Of a stretch of DNA of 64,000 nt, positions 13,420 through 25,228 are shown in pieces; the stretch's first letter is position 1; each line of letters opens with the position of its first letter. This DNA is from Octopus sinensis (lineage: Eukaryota). The stretch lies in contig NC_043004.1 in the NCBI RefSeq assembly GCF_006345805.1, positions 103,602,001 through 103,666,000 on the forward strand. The letters run 5' to 3'. A model generated the notes under the pieces. It was not told the origin of the DNA and searched no databases. It saw only the letters and a list, made by a program, of their open reading frames with translations. A program made the translations under genes and the position numbers.

Positions 13420-13700
13420 TACTCTTTTACTTGTTTCAGTCATGTGACTGTGGCCATGCTGGAGCACCGCCTTTAGTCAAGCAAATTGACCCCATGACTT
13501 ATTCTTTGTAAGCCTAGTACTTATTCTATTGGTCTCTGTTGCTGAACCGCTAAGTCATGGGGATGTAAACATGGGCTTCTTTCAGTTTCCATCTACCAAA
13601 TCCACTCACAAGGCTTTGGTTGGCTACACAGTGGGACTGAACCCAGAACCATGTGATTCATAAGCAAGCTACTTACCACACAGCCACTCCTATGCCTGTA
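13420..13700 (-). mobile_element. SINE family A, internally deleted
   Basis: Tail CTCTTTTACTTGTTTCAGTC.. through head ..CCACACAGCCACTCCTATGCC. The central microsatellite is missing. Confidence 0.8.
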
Positions 13701-14539
13701 TAGTTAATACGATTCTCTGTTGTTTTGCTTATTCAACAATCTTTGAAAAATACAAAGTAAAGTAGCCTCTGATAAAATTTGAACTCAAAACATAAAAGGA
13801 CATAACTAATTATCATGATTTGTTTTGTCTGTAACTCAAGGAATATGGTTTTTCTTATTAGCAGTACATTAGTGTTTGCCATTCCGTACCATCATGATTT
13901 GATTGGTTCTGTATGATAACATATTCTCACATGATATTGTCTGATATCCTTACTTCATGTACATGTAATTTCTAAACATATTGTCTATTTGCTTTGTTTC
14001 TCTTGAGCAACTCCTGCAATTTTCCATAGACGCAACTGATTTTTCATCACTCCATGCTGGGTTGCTGTTGCTATATTTCTCAAGTTATCTTTTGTTACTC
14101 TGTATTATATCACTCCCTTGGGCCTTTTTCATCACTTCTATCTACCTGGGGTTAGACAATCTTCTGGAGTTGACATCCTAGTGGTGACACAACAACTCGG
14201 TTTCCTATACATATACCACAGAATGCACCCAGCAGATTTTGTAAGGTGGTTGTGAAACGTAATATAGAGAGAATTATCTGGTTTTACTGGAGACAAAACA
14301 ATCTCTCTAGTGCAGTGTGTCACAATAGAATGCACTCAATGCACACGGTAAAGTGTGTGGTGATGGGAAGAGAATTCAACCATAGAAATCATGCCAAAAA
14401 GGAAATGTACAACTGAAATGTAGTCCTTGACCCTTCTGCTATTCATTAGATGGCAGTAACTCCAAAAACTAATTGACTTCGTTTGTAACATCCTGTTCAG
14501 TTCATGCCAGCATGGAAAATCACATGGAAAATTATCATA

Positions 14540-14726
14540 GGCGCAGGAGTGGCTGTGTGGTAAGTAGCTTGTTTACCAACCACATGGTTCCGGGTTCAGT
14601 CCCACTGTGTGGCACCTTGAGCAAGCGTCTTCTACTTTAGCCTCGGGCCGACCAAAGCCATGTGAGTGAATTTGGTTGACGGAAACTGAAAGAAGCCTGT
14701 CGTATATATGTATATATATATGAGTG

Positions 14727-14757
<31 letters not shown>

Positions 14758-14963
14758 TGTCTGTGTTTGTCCCCCTAACATTGCTTGACAACCGATGCTG
14801 GTGTGTTTATGTCCCCGTCACTTAGCGGTTCGGCAAAAGAGACCGGTAGAATAATTACTGGGCTTACAAAAGAATAAGTCCCGGGATCGAGTTGCTCGAT
14901 TAAAGGTGGTGCTCCAGCATGGCCGCAGTCAAATGACTGAAACAAGTAAAAGAGTAAAAAGAG
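14540..14963 (+). mobile_element. Full-length SINE family A
   Basis: Same structure as 1661-2058. Confidence 0.9.
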
Positions 14964-15190
14964 TATTATTGTAAAATTATTATCATTGTTGTTGTTCATT
15001 CCACCCTTTTTATTGTTACATTATAGAATGTAAGCGAAGCAAAAAAAAAAAAAGTAAAAAGAGAAAAAGACCTAAATATTAGAATAGTAACTTATTGAAT
15101 GTTTAAGATAACTTCCCTGATCTATTTAGACTGACTTTCCAGAGTGTGTCTGTGAAAACTGATATTCTTTTTCATCTTTTAACTTTACAG

Positions 15191-15266
15191 GTGTCACTGT
15201 CCTGAGCCTTATTGACAAACTTCATGACAGAAAGGAATCTTTTAGCCTGAAGGTCCTTAACATAAG
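15191..15266 (+). other. Candidate 76-nt internal exon of an unidentified host gene
   Basis: Strong acceptor TTCTTTTTCATCTTTTAACTTTACAG|G and donor AAG|GTATTT, in non-repetitive sequence. One open frame (VTVLSLIDKLHDRKESFSLKVLNI); no homology recognised. Confidence 0.35.
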
Positions 15267-16164
15267 GTATTTGCTTTATTACTTTCTTACGTTATATAGA
15301 CTTTATTTGCTTTTGTTCATTTTTTTTTAAACAATCCTCTGTTTAACTCTTGATATCTTGGTATCCAAATTTGATCTCGTTTCAATTATTCAGATCCAAA
15401 AGAATGGAAAGTCTGAAGCAATCCTTACAGTATTTGTCAGTGTGGGCGACACATCTGTGGAATTATTGTTGTGTTTAGGATCTGGGAAGCGGCATTGATG
15501 AATTGTCTGAAATCTTAGATTTCCTAAGTAGAAGTGATCTCAGTATTGGAGTGATGTCATAGTACAAGTGACATTTATTTTTAGAGTTGTGTATGGAATA
15601 CTTATATGTTGAGTACAAGTGATACTAGCATTTGAAGGGTGTCTGGCTTGTCGATCTATTACAAGTAAAAAGTCACACTAATGATTAGTGGGTGGGGTGT
15701 TCTTGGTACATCACAGCCTTGTTTTTCATCAATCAAACTAATGAGGTATTTGCATCTTCAATGTTCTGTTATTCTAAGGACAAATGTCACCAACACAGTA
15801 ACACACTTCTGTGCAATTGCATTGTTCTGAATACAAAGCCTTCAACATGCCATAGACTCTAATATAAGGATTACAGGCAAGTTCACCAGCATCAGTTCAC
15901 GACGAGGAAGATTCTCTGTGAGGAAAGCTTACCAAGAAAATATATCTATATCTCACCACTAATAGTTAAAAACTATTTTATTGAAAAAAAACTGAATTGA
16001 TGACGGTGAACATACTAGACATGTATATAAAGGTTAACTGTTAACTTTTAGCCCTTGGACAACTGTTTGACCATAGCTAGGATGAAAGGTGTTCTCTCTG
16101 TGACTAGTTTAACTTTGGGCGAAGCTTATCTGTGATTACTGTATCTGATATGTTCTCTTTTTAA

Positions 16165-16610
16165 CCGTTTTCATACCAACCCACCTGAGAGACTGTTCCA
16201 GGTTCTGTGATTAAAAAAACTTATTTTATAGTAATCTAAATTAAAAACCTTATGTTAAAATTTTGTGTTAATGTATGCTAGAAACACCAACTTAACCCTT
16301 TAACATTCAAACTAGCCATATTTGGTTGAAATATTCTACCTGCTTTATGTTGAAACCAGCCAGATCAAGCCTCTCACACTTATCCTACAATGTCATTTGG
16401 AATGTAAGCGATTACATCATCAAACTCCCAAAGCTATGAAATAATACATGATTACTTCAAACCAATGTGAATGAGAAACTATTACATTTGACTGAGTAAT
16501 CTGAATGCTAAAGGCTTAAAAGTTGCAAAGTTATTTTACGAAATTCTTCTCCTTTAAAATTAATTGAAACAAAGGCAGTGAATTTCAACAGGAATGTGGT
16601 AATGAAAGGG
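16165..16610. mobile_element. piggyBac-type MITE family 2 containing a nested family 1 MITE (16296-16515)
   Basis: Outer element TTAA|CCGTTTTCAT...ATGAAAGGG|TTAA; inner element TTAA|CCCTTTAACATT...AATGCTAAAGGC|TTAA. Mirrored at 17053-17497 and 17148-17367. Confidence 0.85.
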
Positions 16611-16774
16611 TTAAGGTGGTAGGGCAGGTCAAATGACTACATAAAGGCTCTCTCATTGGCTCCTGTCAGGTGTTGTGTTGTAATACACCCATAAAAGAAC
16701 AAGCAAACAAACAACAGATTTTTTTTCCTTTTCAGCCCTTCAAATAGTCAGGTTTAAAAATGGAGTTCATTGCA

Positions 16775-16990
16775 CATGGCTTAGTGGTTAGGGTATTCGG
16801 CAGTTTGTGAGTTCAATTCCTGGCAGTGTGTTGTGTTCTTTAGTAAGACACTTTATTTGATGTTGCTCCAGTCCACTCAACTGGCAAGGAAAAGTCATAC
16901 CTGTAATTCAAAAGGACATTCTTGTCATTATTGTCTCACACTAATTCTCCTTAAGAACTACGTCAAGTGTACTTGTATGAGTGGAGCACA
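16775..16990 (+). mobile_element. tRNA-derived SINE family C fragment in the inverted-repeat spacer
   Basis: TGGCTTAGTGGTTAGGG..GAGTTCAATTCC..GTTGTGTTCTT..AAGACACTTTATT..CAGTCCACTCAACTGGCAA, similar to 31402-31545. Confidence 0.7.
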
Positions 16991-18396
16991 CATACAAGTA
17001 CAGCCAATGAGAGAGCCTTTATGTAGTCACTTGACCTACCCTACCACCTTAACCCTTTCATTACCACATTCCTGTTGAAATTCACTGCCTTTGTTTCAAT
17101 TAATTTTAAAGGAGAAGAATTTCGTAAAATAACTTTGCAACTTTTAAGCCTTTAGCATTCAGATTACTCAGTCAAATGTAATAGTTTCTCATTCACATTG
17201 GCTTGAAGTAATCATGTATTATTTCATAGCTTTGGGATTTTGATGATGTAGTTGCTTACATTCCAAATGACATTGTAGGATAAGTGTGAGAGGCTTGATC
17301 TGGCTGGTTTCAACATAAAGCAGGTAGAATATTTCAACCAAATATGGCCAGTTTGAATGTTAAAGGGTTAAGTTGGTGTTTCTAGCATACATTAACACAA
17401 AATTTTAATATAAGGTTTTTAATTTAGATACTATAAAATAAGTTTTTTTAATCACAGAACCTGGGACAGTCTCTCAGGTGGGTTGGTATGAAAACGGTTA
17501 AAAAGAGAACATATCAGATACAGTAATCACAGATAAGCTTCGCCCAAAGTTAAACTAGTTACAGAGAGAACACCTTTCATCCTAGCTATGGTCAAACAGT
17601 TGTCCAAGGGCTAAACGTTAACAGTTAACCTTTATATACATGTCTAGTATGTTCACTTCCACTTGCTTAATTTCAGGATCAGGCTGTTCCATTGATCAGA
17701 TCATTTGGAACCTTCATTGTCATAACCGACAGCATGCCAATGGCTGTAACATTTCAGAACTCTACTTGCCAGAATAATTGGTGTAGATGGGGCTGGCACT
17801 TGATCTTCCAGTAAAACTAAGGGAAAATGTTGCCTTTTTTTTGTTCTGGTTTTTCAAATTCATCTTCATCGTTATTTTGATGTCCACTTTTCCATGCTTG
17901 CATGGGTTAGAGGGAATTGTATAAAGATGGATTTTCTTGTCACTTACACTCAACCTATTTCCAACGAAGGAAGGTAATACTTTCCTATGACCAGATATGT
18001 TTTCACAGAAGATTGAGCTTGAAGGACACCGCTTGCATGTTGGTGATATTTGTTTTCAACTGTCACACGATAGCAAAGCATAGAGACACTAACACACATA
18101 CACATGATGGGTTTCTTTTAGTTTTCCTCTACCAAATGCTTTCACAAAGCCTTGATTGACCCATGGTTATAACAAGAAATTTGCCCAAATTGTTATACAT
18201 GAGGCTAAACCCAGAACTATGTGGTTGGAAAGCAAACTTCATACCACACAGCCATGCTATAGCATTGATTGCCGGTACTATCTGTTGATTGTAATTCTTG
18301 ACAGAAATGTCACTACTTTTTGACCACAATAATTACAGTTACCAAAAAAAAAAAAAAAAAAACGAAATACATCACCCTTATACTATTGTCTTTTAA

Positions 18397-18616
18397 CCCT
18401 TTAGCATTCAGATTACTCTGTCAAATCTAATGCTTTTTCATTCACATTGTTTTCAATTAATCCTGCATAATCTTGTAGTTCTGAGAATTTGTTGATGTGA
18501 TGGTTTATTTTGAGGATGACATTGTAGGATATGAGTGAGAGGCCAGATCTGGATGGTTTGAACATAAAAGAAGTAGAAAATTTGGGCCGGACATGGCCAG
18601 TTTAAATGCTAAAGGG
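18397..18616. mobile_element. piggyBac-type MITE family 1 (220 bp)
   Basis: TTAA TSDs at 18393-18396 and 18617-18620; 12-bp TIR CCCTTTAGCATT / AATGCTAAAGGG. Confidence 0.9.
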
Positions 18617-18929
18617 TTAAAGTCATAAACAGTGTCACTTATTGATGTGATATTCCTGCATTCCAAATGGCACTCCTACTTTCCAAGTGTAGCAAAATTT
18701 TAATTTATATTCCTTACTTGTTTCCCATTGATTCTTGCTCCTACTTCAGAAGTAATAACTTCTTGTGGGGATGAGTTGATTCCCCTACCATCAAGGAGGT
18801 TGAATCATCTACAAAGGTTACTCAGACCAGTATTGTATTACTAGAGATTAGTCATTGACTGTTGAAATGGTAATATCCTGATGAATATCTGTCAGAAGTT
18901 TGGATCTGATGACTGAAGTGAACAGTTAA

Positions 18930-19133
18930 CCCTTTAGCATTCAATCCAGCTCTGTCTAGCCCTAATATTCTACCTGTTTTATATTAAAACTGACCAGATC
19001 AAACTCTCACACCTACCCTACAATGTCATTCTAAAGACATACAAATGTACCGTTGAAATCTTGAAGCTACAAGATAATGTGTGATTAATTCAAAAGTAAT
19101 GTGAATAAAAAAGCAATACGTTTAATGAAGAAA
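18930..19133. mobile_element. piggyBac-type MITE family 1, right end lost at an RTE fragment
   Basis: Begins TTAA|CCCTTTAGCATT; body collinear with 44162-44382. Confidence 0.75.
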
Positions 19134-19582
19134 TCATCATCATTTAGCGTCCACTTTCCATGGGTTGGGCGGTTCAACTGGGGTCTGGGAAGCCAGAAGG
19201 CTGCATCAGGCCCAGTCTGATCTGGCAGTGTTTCTACGGCTCGATGCCCTTCCTAACGCCAACCACTCCGTGAGTGTAGTGGGTGCTTTTTACGTGCCCC
19301 CTGCACAGGTGCCAGACGGGGCTGGCAAAACGGCCACGATTGGATGGTGCTTTTTACGTGCCACTGGCACGGGTGCCAGGCGAGGCTGGCAACGGCCACG
19401 AACGGATGGTGCTTTTTACGTGCCACCGGCACGGAGGCCAGTTGGGGCGGCGCTGGCAACGGCCACGATCGGACGGTTCGCTTACTTGTCACCGGCACTG
19501 GTATCACAGCTGCAATTTCCATTGATGTTGATCGACTTCGATTTTGGTTCTGCTTTCTGATATCTGATTTGATTTTGATTTT
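19134..19582 (-). mobile_element. Young RTE 3' UTR fragment
   Basis: CpG-retaining copy of the 3' UTR seen at 54661-55040, with tandem ~55-60 bp internal units. Confidence 0.85.
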
Positions 19583-20055
19583 ATGGTAAAGGGTGAAGTC
19601 AAACTTGTGTGAGTTTGCAGTGACAGTGTTGTTGATTGTCATACAACCCACAACAGCAGCTTCTAATGAGCCCTTGACTTCATGGGACTGACAATTGATT
19701 CCTCGTACTTCCAATGCACCAAACCCAGCACTACAGAGGGTTCAAATCAGAAGAGCTAAGGTGTCGGGTATTACATGATAACCTTGTTCTCTTCAGTATC
19801 CCTAGGCATTGGCTACTCTCCTTTCATCAAATAGAACTTGAACCTTATGTCTTAGTGTGCCACAGGAGATAGATGACACAGCCACTTGTAGTTGCTCAGA
19901 TATGTCAGAGACCAGCAGGACAAGCTAGGTTGTCTTGACAAATTCTGACCACTGAGGATGTTTATTTTTCTTGGCTTCAGATATCATGTCCTTCCTTATC
20001 CTTTCTTTCTTAATTGTGAAATCAAAAGGACCAACCACATTAAAAAAAACAAAAA

Positions 20056-20146
<91 letters not shown>

Positions 20147-20769
20147 TTCAACACAGACATATCACACACATACACACACCACTATTTTTATAAAGTCCAC
20201 TACTTCCCCCACTTCATTGATTTTCATTACCTCCTACTTTCCCTCATCCTCTCACCCTCTGCCTCCTTACCGTTTCCCCAGGTGTTTTAATTGTCTGCTT
20301 TTCTTTCTTATTGTTTTTCATCTTTTGTGCTTTAACTTTCTAAATACACTGCTTTACAAGTAAATTACCTTTTGTTGTTCTTTGTTATTTTCTTTATTTT
20401 ATTTTCTTATTTGTTTTTTTTTTGTTTGTTTTCCAATGCCAAATGGATTTTTAATTTATTTGCCGCTTTTTATACCTGTCTCACATGTTCATCTGCAGGA
20501 CCTTCACTGAATTTTTTGTTCTTTTTTACTTTAGATGTATTTCTTTTTCTCACTCCTACTTGCTGTTTGTTCTCTCCCTGACACCTCTCTCTCTCTCTCT
20601 CTCTCCCTCCCCCGTTTTCATTTTCTTTTTAGTTTTTTTTCCCCCATAATTATTAAGGGAAGCTTAACGAAGAATGTTCTGGTGAAAATAGTAGTAATCA
20701 GTATAAAGTTTATGTATGTGTTGGAGTCAAGAAGATATTGACTGACTGGCTGGTTGGCTCACTGTAATG

Positions 20770-21170
20770 TGCACATGCGCACAGATCCAACTGCAGACTG
20801 ATGCACGCATACACACAAGTGTGCATGGACACACACTTACATTAAGGTGTACACTCATACGCTAAGGTGCACAGACAGGTTTGCTAAGATGCAGATACGT
20901 ATGCTATGGTGCTTAGACATGTACATTAAAGTACACAGATACAGACAATAAGGTGCATAGATGCATGTTCTAAGGTGCATACACATGCTAAGGTGTACTA
21001 AGGTTCACAGGTACAGACAGTAAGGTGCACAATATGTGCTGAAGTGCAGACATGCTAAGGTGCACAGGCACATGCATTGAAATTCATAGGCAGACATATG
21101 CTGAGGTGCACTGACATGCAGTGTAGTGCACACATTGATTCATAGACGCATGCACTGAAGTGCATAGTAA
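20770..21170. repeat. Degenerate ~20-bp minisatellite (approx. CATGCTAAGGTGCACAGA)
   Basis: The core TAAGGTGCA recurs about every 18-24 bp. Confidence 0.75.
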
Positions 21171-21639
21171 ATGGATCACTATCAGTTTCAACTATGAGTA
21201 TTGAGTTGTTTAATTGACTGTACCTGCTCAATGATTTGGATTGTTATATGGCTGAGTATTTCATAGATGTGTATTCTTCATGCAATTTTTAGGTAGAATC
21301 AGGGTGTTGGTGTATGTGAGAATTCTAGACATTTGGATTATTCTATCAAATGTAATGCTTATTTATTCACTTTGTTTTGACTTTATCCTCTATTATCTTG
21401 TAGCCTTAAGTTTTCGATTATGTTACTGTACATTTGTTTAGACTAACATTGTAGGTTAGGTGCAAGAGGCTGAATCCAGCCAGTTTGAACATAAAACAGG
21501 AAGAATATTTTGGCTGAATATGGCTAGTTTAAAATCCGAGGTATGATAAAAGGTACCTTCCCAAAATGCTATGCCATGGGATTGAAACCTGTACCCTATG
21601 ATTGTTAAGCAACCTTCTTGATCATTTGGCAGTCATGTA

Positions 21640-22340
21640 TCTATCACATGCTGACACATGCTTGCAGTGTTGCATAGACAAATACAACTGTGCACTCATA
21701 TTTGCATACAGATATGCACATGTCATTGTTTTTATGCATGCAGGGACCTGCAGACTGCAGGGATGTGCACACATAGACATGCTCACACATGCAGACATGC
21801 ATGCATATATACATACAGTGGTGCACATACATACAGGCACATGCATTCATACAGGTATGAATGCAAGGTTACACAAATGCAAGGACACGATGACACTGAT
21901 GAGAACACACACACACATGTACACAAACAAGCATGCACACACACACTTGCATACTGACAAGGAAACACACACAGATGTATACATACAGGGTCTCTCACAT
22001 ACACACACACACTCTTGCATACATACAGGTACATGTACACATACATAGAGGGACGTGCACTCACTCACATATATACATACAGGATATAAAATACGTGCTT
22101 AGAGGGACATGCACATATAGGTACATAACGGGGACACACATGCATATACATATATACAGGGACGCACACATGTACGTACAGGGAGGTCACACATATATGT
22201 GTACAGGGACACATACGCATATAGATATATGAATACAAACATATATAGACGTCTGTACACACTCAGTCACACCTTCGCACACACACACACACACATGCAT
22301 GTACTCATGCACACACACACACACACATAGAGCTACATAT
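21640..22340. repeat. Degenerate CA/CATG/CAGG low-complexity tract
   Basis: Alternating purine-pyrimidine sequence with recurring ACATACAGG motifs. Confidence 0.75.
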
Positions 22341-22759
22341 ACACAGGTAGTTGAGTACATCCGGCAGACAATGTGCTTACCCACCTAGACTTTGTTACAA
22401 GACAGAGAGAAGCTACAATTACTGGTCACAGTGCTCTTTTGTATGTAGTTTACAACATGGGAGATGAGATAATTGTCTAAGATCAGGCGTGGGAGGGAGA
22501 AGGCTAAAGGTCGTGACTGCTGCTTGTTTACTAATGGTTTACTTGTATACTTTATGGCGTCGCATGGAATTTCATGTTTCCATTTTCTCAACCTCCTAAT
22601 AGCAACACTTCCTATCTTTGCTCAGGTGTGTGTGTGTGTGTGTATCTGTCTATTTGTATGCTTGTGTGTGGAAGAGTGTATGCGTAATTATATTTATGTA
22701 TAAGTTTTGTGTAAATATACATATGCATATGCAGGTTTTTATACTTGTGTGCGTGTATA

Positions 22760-22965
22760 TACTCTTTACTCTCTTTTACTTGTTTCAGTCATTTGACTGT
22801 GGCCATGCTGGAGCACCGCCTTTAGTTGGGCAAATCGACCTTAGGACTTATTCTTTGTAAGCTTAGTACTTATTCTATCGGTCTCTTTTGCTGATTTGCT
22901 AAGTTATGGGGACGTAAACACACCACTATCGGTTGTCAAGCGATGTTGGGGGAGGAAAAACACAA

Positions 22966-22999
<34 letters not shown>

Positions 23000-23170
23000 G
23001 ACAGGCGGCTTCTTTCAGTTTCTACCAAATCCAGTCATAAGGCTTTGGTCGGCCTGAGGGTATAGTAGAAGACACTTGCCCAAGGTGCCACACATGCCAC
23101 ACACTGGGAATGAACTCGGAACCATGTGGTTAGTAAGCAAGCTACTTACCACACAGCCACTCATGCGCCT
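22760..23170 (-). mobile_element. Full-length SINE family A
   Basis: Reverse complement of the 1661 structure. Confidence 0.88.
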
Positions 23171-23171
23171 G

Positions 23172-23202
<31 letters not shown>

Positions 23203-23204
23203 AT

Positions 23205-23254
<50 letters not shown>

Positions 23255-23256
23255 AT

Positions 23257-23311
<55 letters not shown>

Positions 23312-23324
23312 CACACACATACCT

Positions 23325-23385
<61 letters not shown>

Positions 23386-23539
23386 ATGTAAAAGTACATA
23401 GCACACTCTGTAAAGTGGTTGGTGTTAGGAAAGCATCCAGTCATAGAAACCATGTCTAATCAGACTGGAGCCTAGTGCAGCTCTCCAGCTTGTCAGCTCT
23501 GGTCAAACCATCGAACACATGCCAGCATAGCAAATGGAC

Positions 23540-23767
23540 CCTTTTCCTTCCGGTCTTTCAAAATGTGACCTCGTGTGTACCGTTGGTGATTTTTTTTCCT
23601 CTTTCTTCCCTTCTCTGGATCTTTCCTTCTCCTATGTTTCCGACGAAGAGCTCCGCTCGAAACGTTAAACCCTCCTTTCCTTCTTTCCTGAGCGTCCAAT
23701 AATACTATATTTGTTCCACGTCCTCGTGTTGTTGTGTTTTTTTGTGCTTTCTTGTTTGGATTAACTA
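23540..23767 (+). mobile_element. Penelope-like element terminal-repeat fragment, copy 1
   Basis: Shares about 170 bp with 54462-54634 and the same 3' end GTTTGGATTAACTA before a dinucleotide repeat. Contains a hammerhead-like motif. Confidence 0.65.
23636..23670 (+). ncRNA. Minimal type I hammerhead ribozyme-like motif (GUU site)
   Basis: GTTT-CCGACGA-A-GAGC-tcc-GCTC-GAAA-cg-TT-AAAC: stem I GTTT/AAAC, stem II GAGC/GCTC, palindromic ACGT minimal stem III. Confidence 0.6.
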
Positions 23768-24140
23768 TATATATATATATATATCATCCATACAATTTCA
23801 AAATAAGGTGATTAAAATCAAATTAAATGCAGAGCAATCCTCAGTTGCATAAAGACATAGAATTTTATTAAATTAAAACAGGTGGATGTAATGATTGCAT
23901 TGTTCGATTAAATGGAGTTGCTTGAAACGATCGTACTGCATTATCTCTGGATATATATATATAGTTATCTAATGTCCATTTGCTATGCTGGCATGTTTTC
24001 AATGGTTTGACCAGAGCTGGAGAGCTGCACCAGGCTCCAGTCCGGTTAGACATGGTTTCTATGACTGGATGCCTTTCCTAACACCAACCACTTTACAGTG
24101 TGTGCTATGTGCTTTTACATGGCATATATATATATATATA

Positions 24141-24440
24141 TCATCATCATCGTTTAACGTCCGTTTTCCATGCTAGCATGGGTTGGACGGTTCAACTGGG
24201 GTCTTGGAAGCCCGAAGGCTGCACCAGGCCAGTCAGATCTGGCAGTGTTTCTACAGCTGGATGCCCTTCCTAACGCCAACCACTCCGTGAGTGTAGTGGG
24301 TGCTTTTTATGTGCCACCGACACAGGTGCCAGACGAGGCTGGCGAACGGCCACGCTCGGATGGTGTTTTCTACATGCCACCGGCACGGAGGCCAGGCGAG
24401 GCTGGCACGGCCACGATCGGATGGTGTTTGTTACGTGCCC
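24141..24440 (-). mobile_element. Young RTE 3' UTR fragment inserted in (TA)n
   Basis: (CAT)n tail, body as at 54661-54960, flanked by TA repeats on both sides. Confidence 0.85.
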
Positions 24441-25228
24441 ATAGCACGTATATATATATATATAATGTGTGTGTGTGTGTATGTAAAATTTCATAAGTTG
24501 CATGTACCTGTATGTGTGTGTTTCTGTAATATGTTTGAGTTCTAAACATCAGTATTATAAGTGAATATATTTTCTAACCTAGCTGTCCAATATAGAGATC
24601 AATAAACTAAGAACAGGCCGAAGGGTATGAGCTAAACTCAGTTCTGCGACAAAACTCAATAAGAAACTGAAAGAATGTATATATGCATATACAAGTGTAT
24701 ATACTAATGTGTGTGTGTGTGTGTAATGCTAGTACATATTAACATGTTTATGCTAATGTGAATGTGTCTATTCATGTGTATGTAGTTGCAATGTATGAAA
24801 AGGTTTTAAAGAAGCAAGTGGGAGTCATTAGTCAGTGACCTTAGGAGCTGTCTTTTATAGAGAAGGGACATAACAGTAGAGGAAGGTGAACTGGTATCAT
24901 CCCTAATGTCTGACTTTTCAGTACTTGCTGTCATCATTATTATAGGGGACCCAATAGGGTGGGTTTGTATTTCAGCTGTCTTTGTGCTGCACTGTTTGAC
25001 TGGCTAGAATGGCTGTTGTATTATGGGTTGTCATATGACTGGGATAGTGGTTATTATTTAGCCCCAGGTCAGCCCTGATTGAGCAGACCTATGATCAAAT
25101 GTGTTTTAGTTGTAACCTTCACATCTCTTACTCAGACATAGTGTATCTAGCACTGCTTTATGTAATGTGTGTTTCCTACTTTTAGGTAGTAAGAGGTAAT
25201 TTGAGTGAGTTTTGTCTGCTATCTTTAT

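Larger units (their letters stand above)
16006..17656. repeat. Long inverted duplication: arms 16006-16661 and 17002-17656, 340-bp spacer
   Basis: The arms are reverse complements from GTGAACATACTAGAC.. / ..GTCTAGTATGTTCAC to ..TCATTGGCT / AGCCAATGA... About 11 substitutions and 1 indel by hand count. Confidence 0.97.
23381..24125. repeat. Inverted pair of an RTE 3' fragment (23381-23539 and 23974-24125)
   Basis: Reverse-complementary arms sharing private variants (CATAGAAACCATGTCTAA, CATAGCAAATGGAC) and the same 5' truncation point next to (TA)n. Confidence 0.85.

Noticed and set aside
16006-17656. Interpretation as a Foldback/Mutator transposon with long TIRs
   Set aside because: No target-site duplication is visible at the outer ends, and the arms consist of ordinary local sequence with older MITEs.
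19270-19480. Regularly spaced GGTGCTTTTTACGTGCC repeats resembling a CRISPR array
   Set aside because: The spacers are homologous to each other, the array is part of the RTE 3' UTR, there are no cas genes and the context is eukaryotic.
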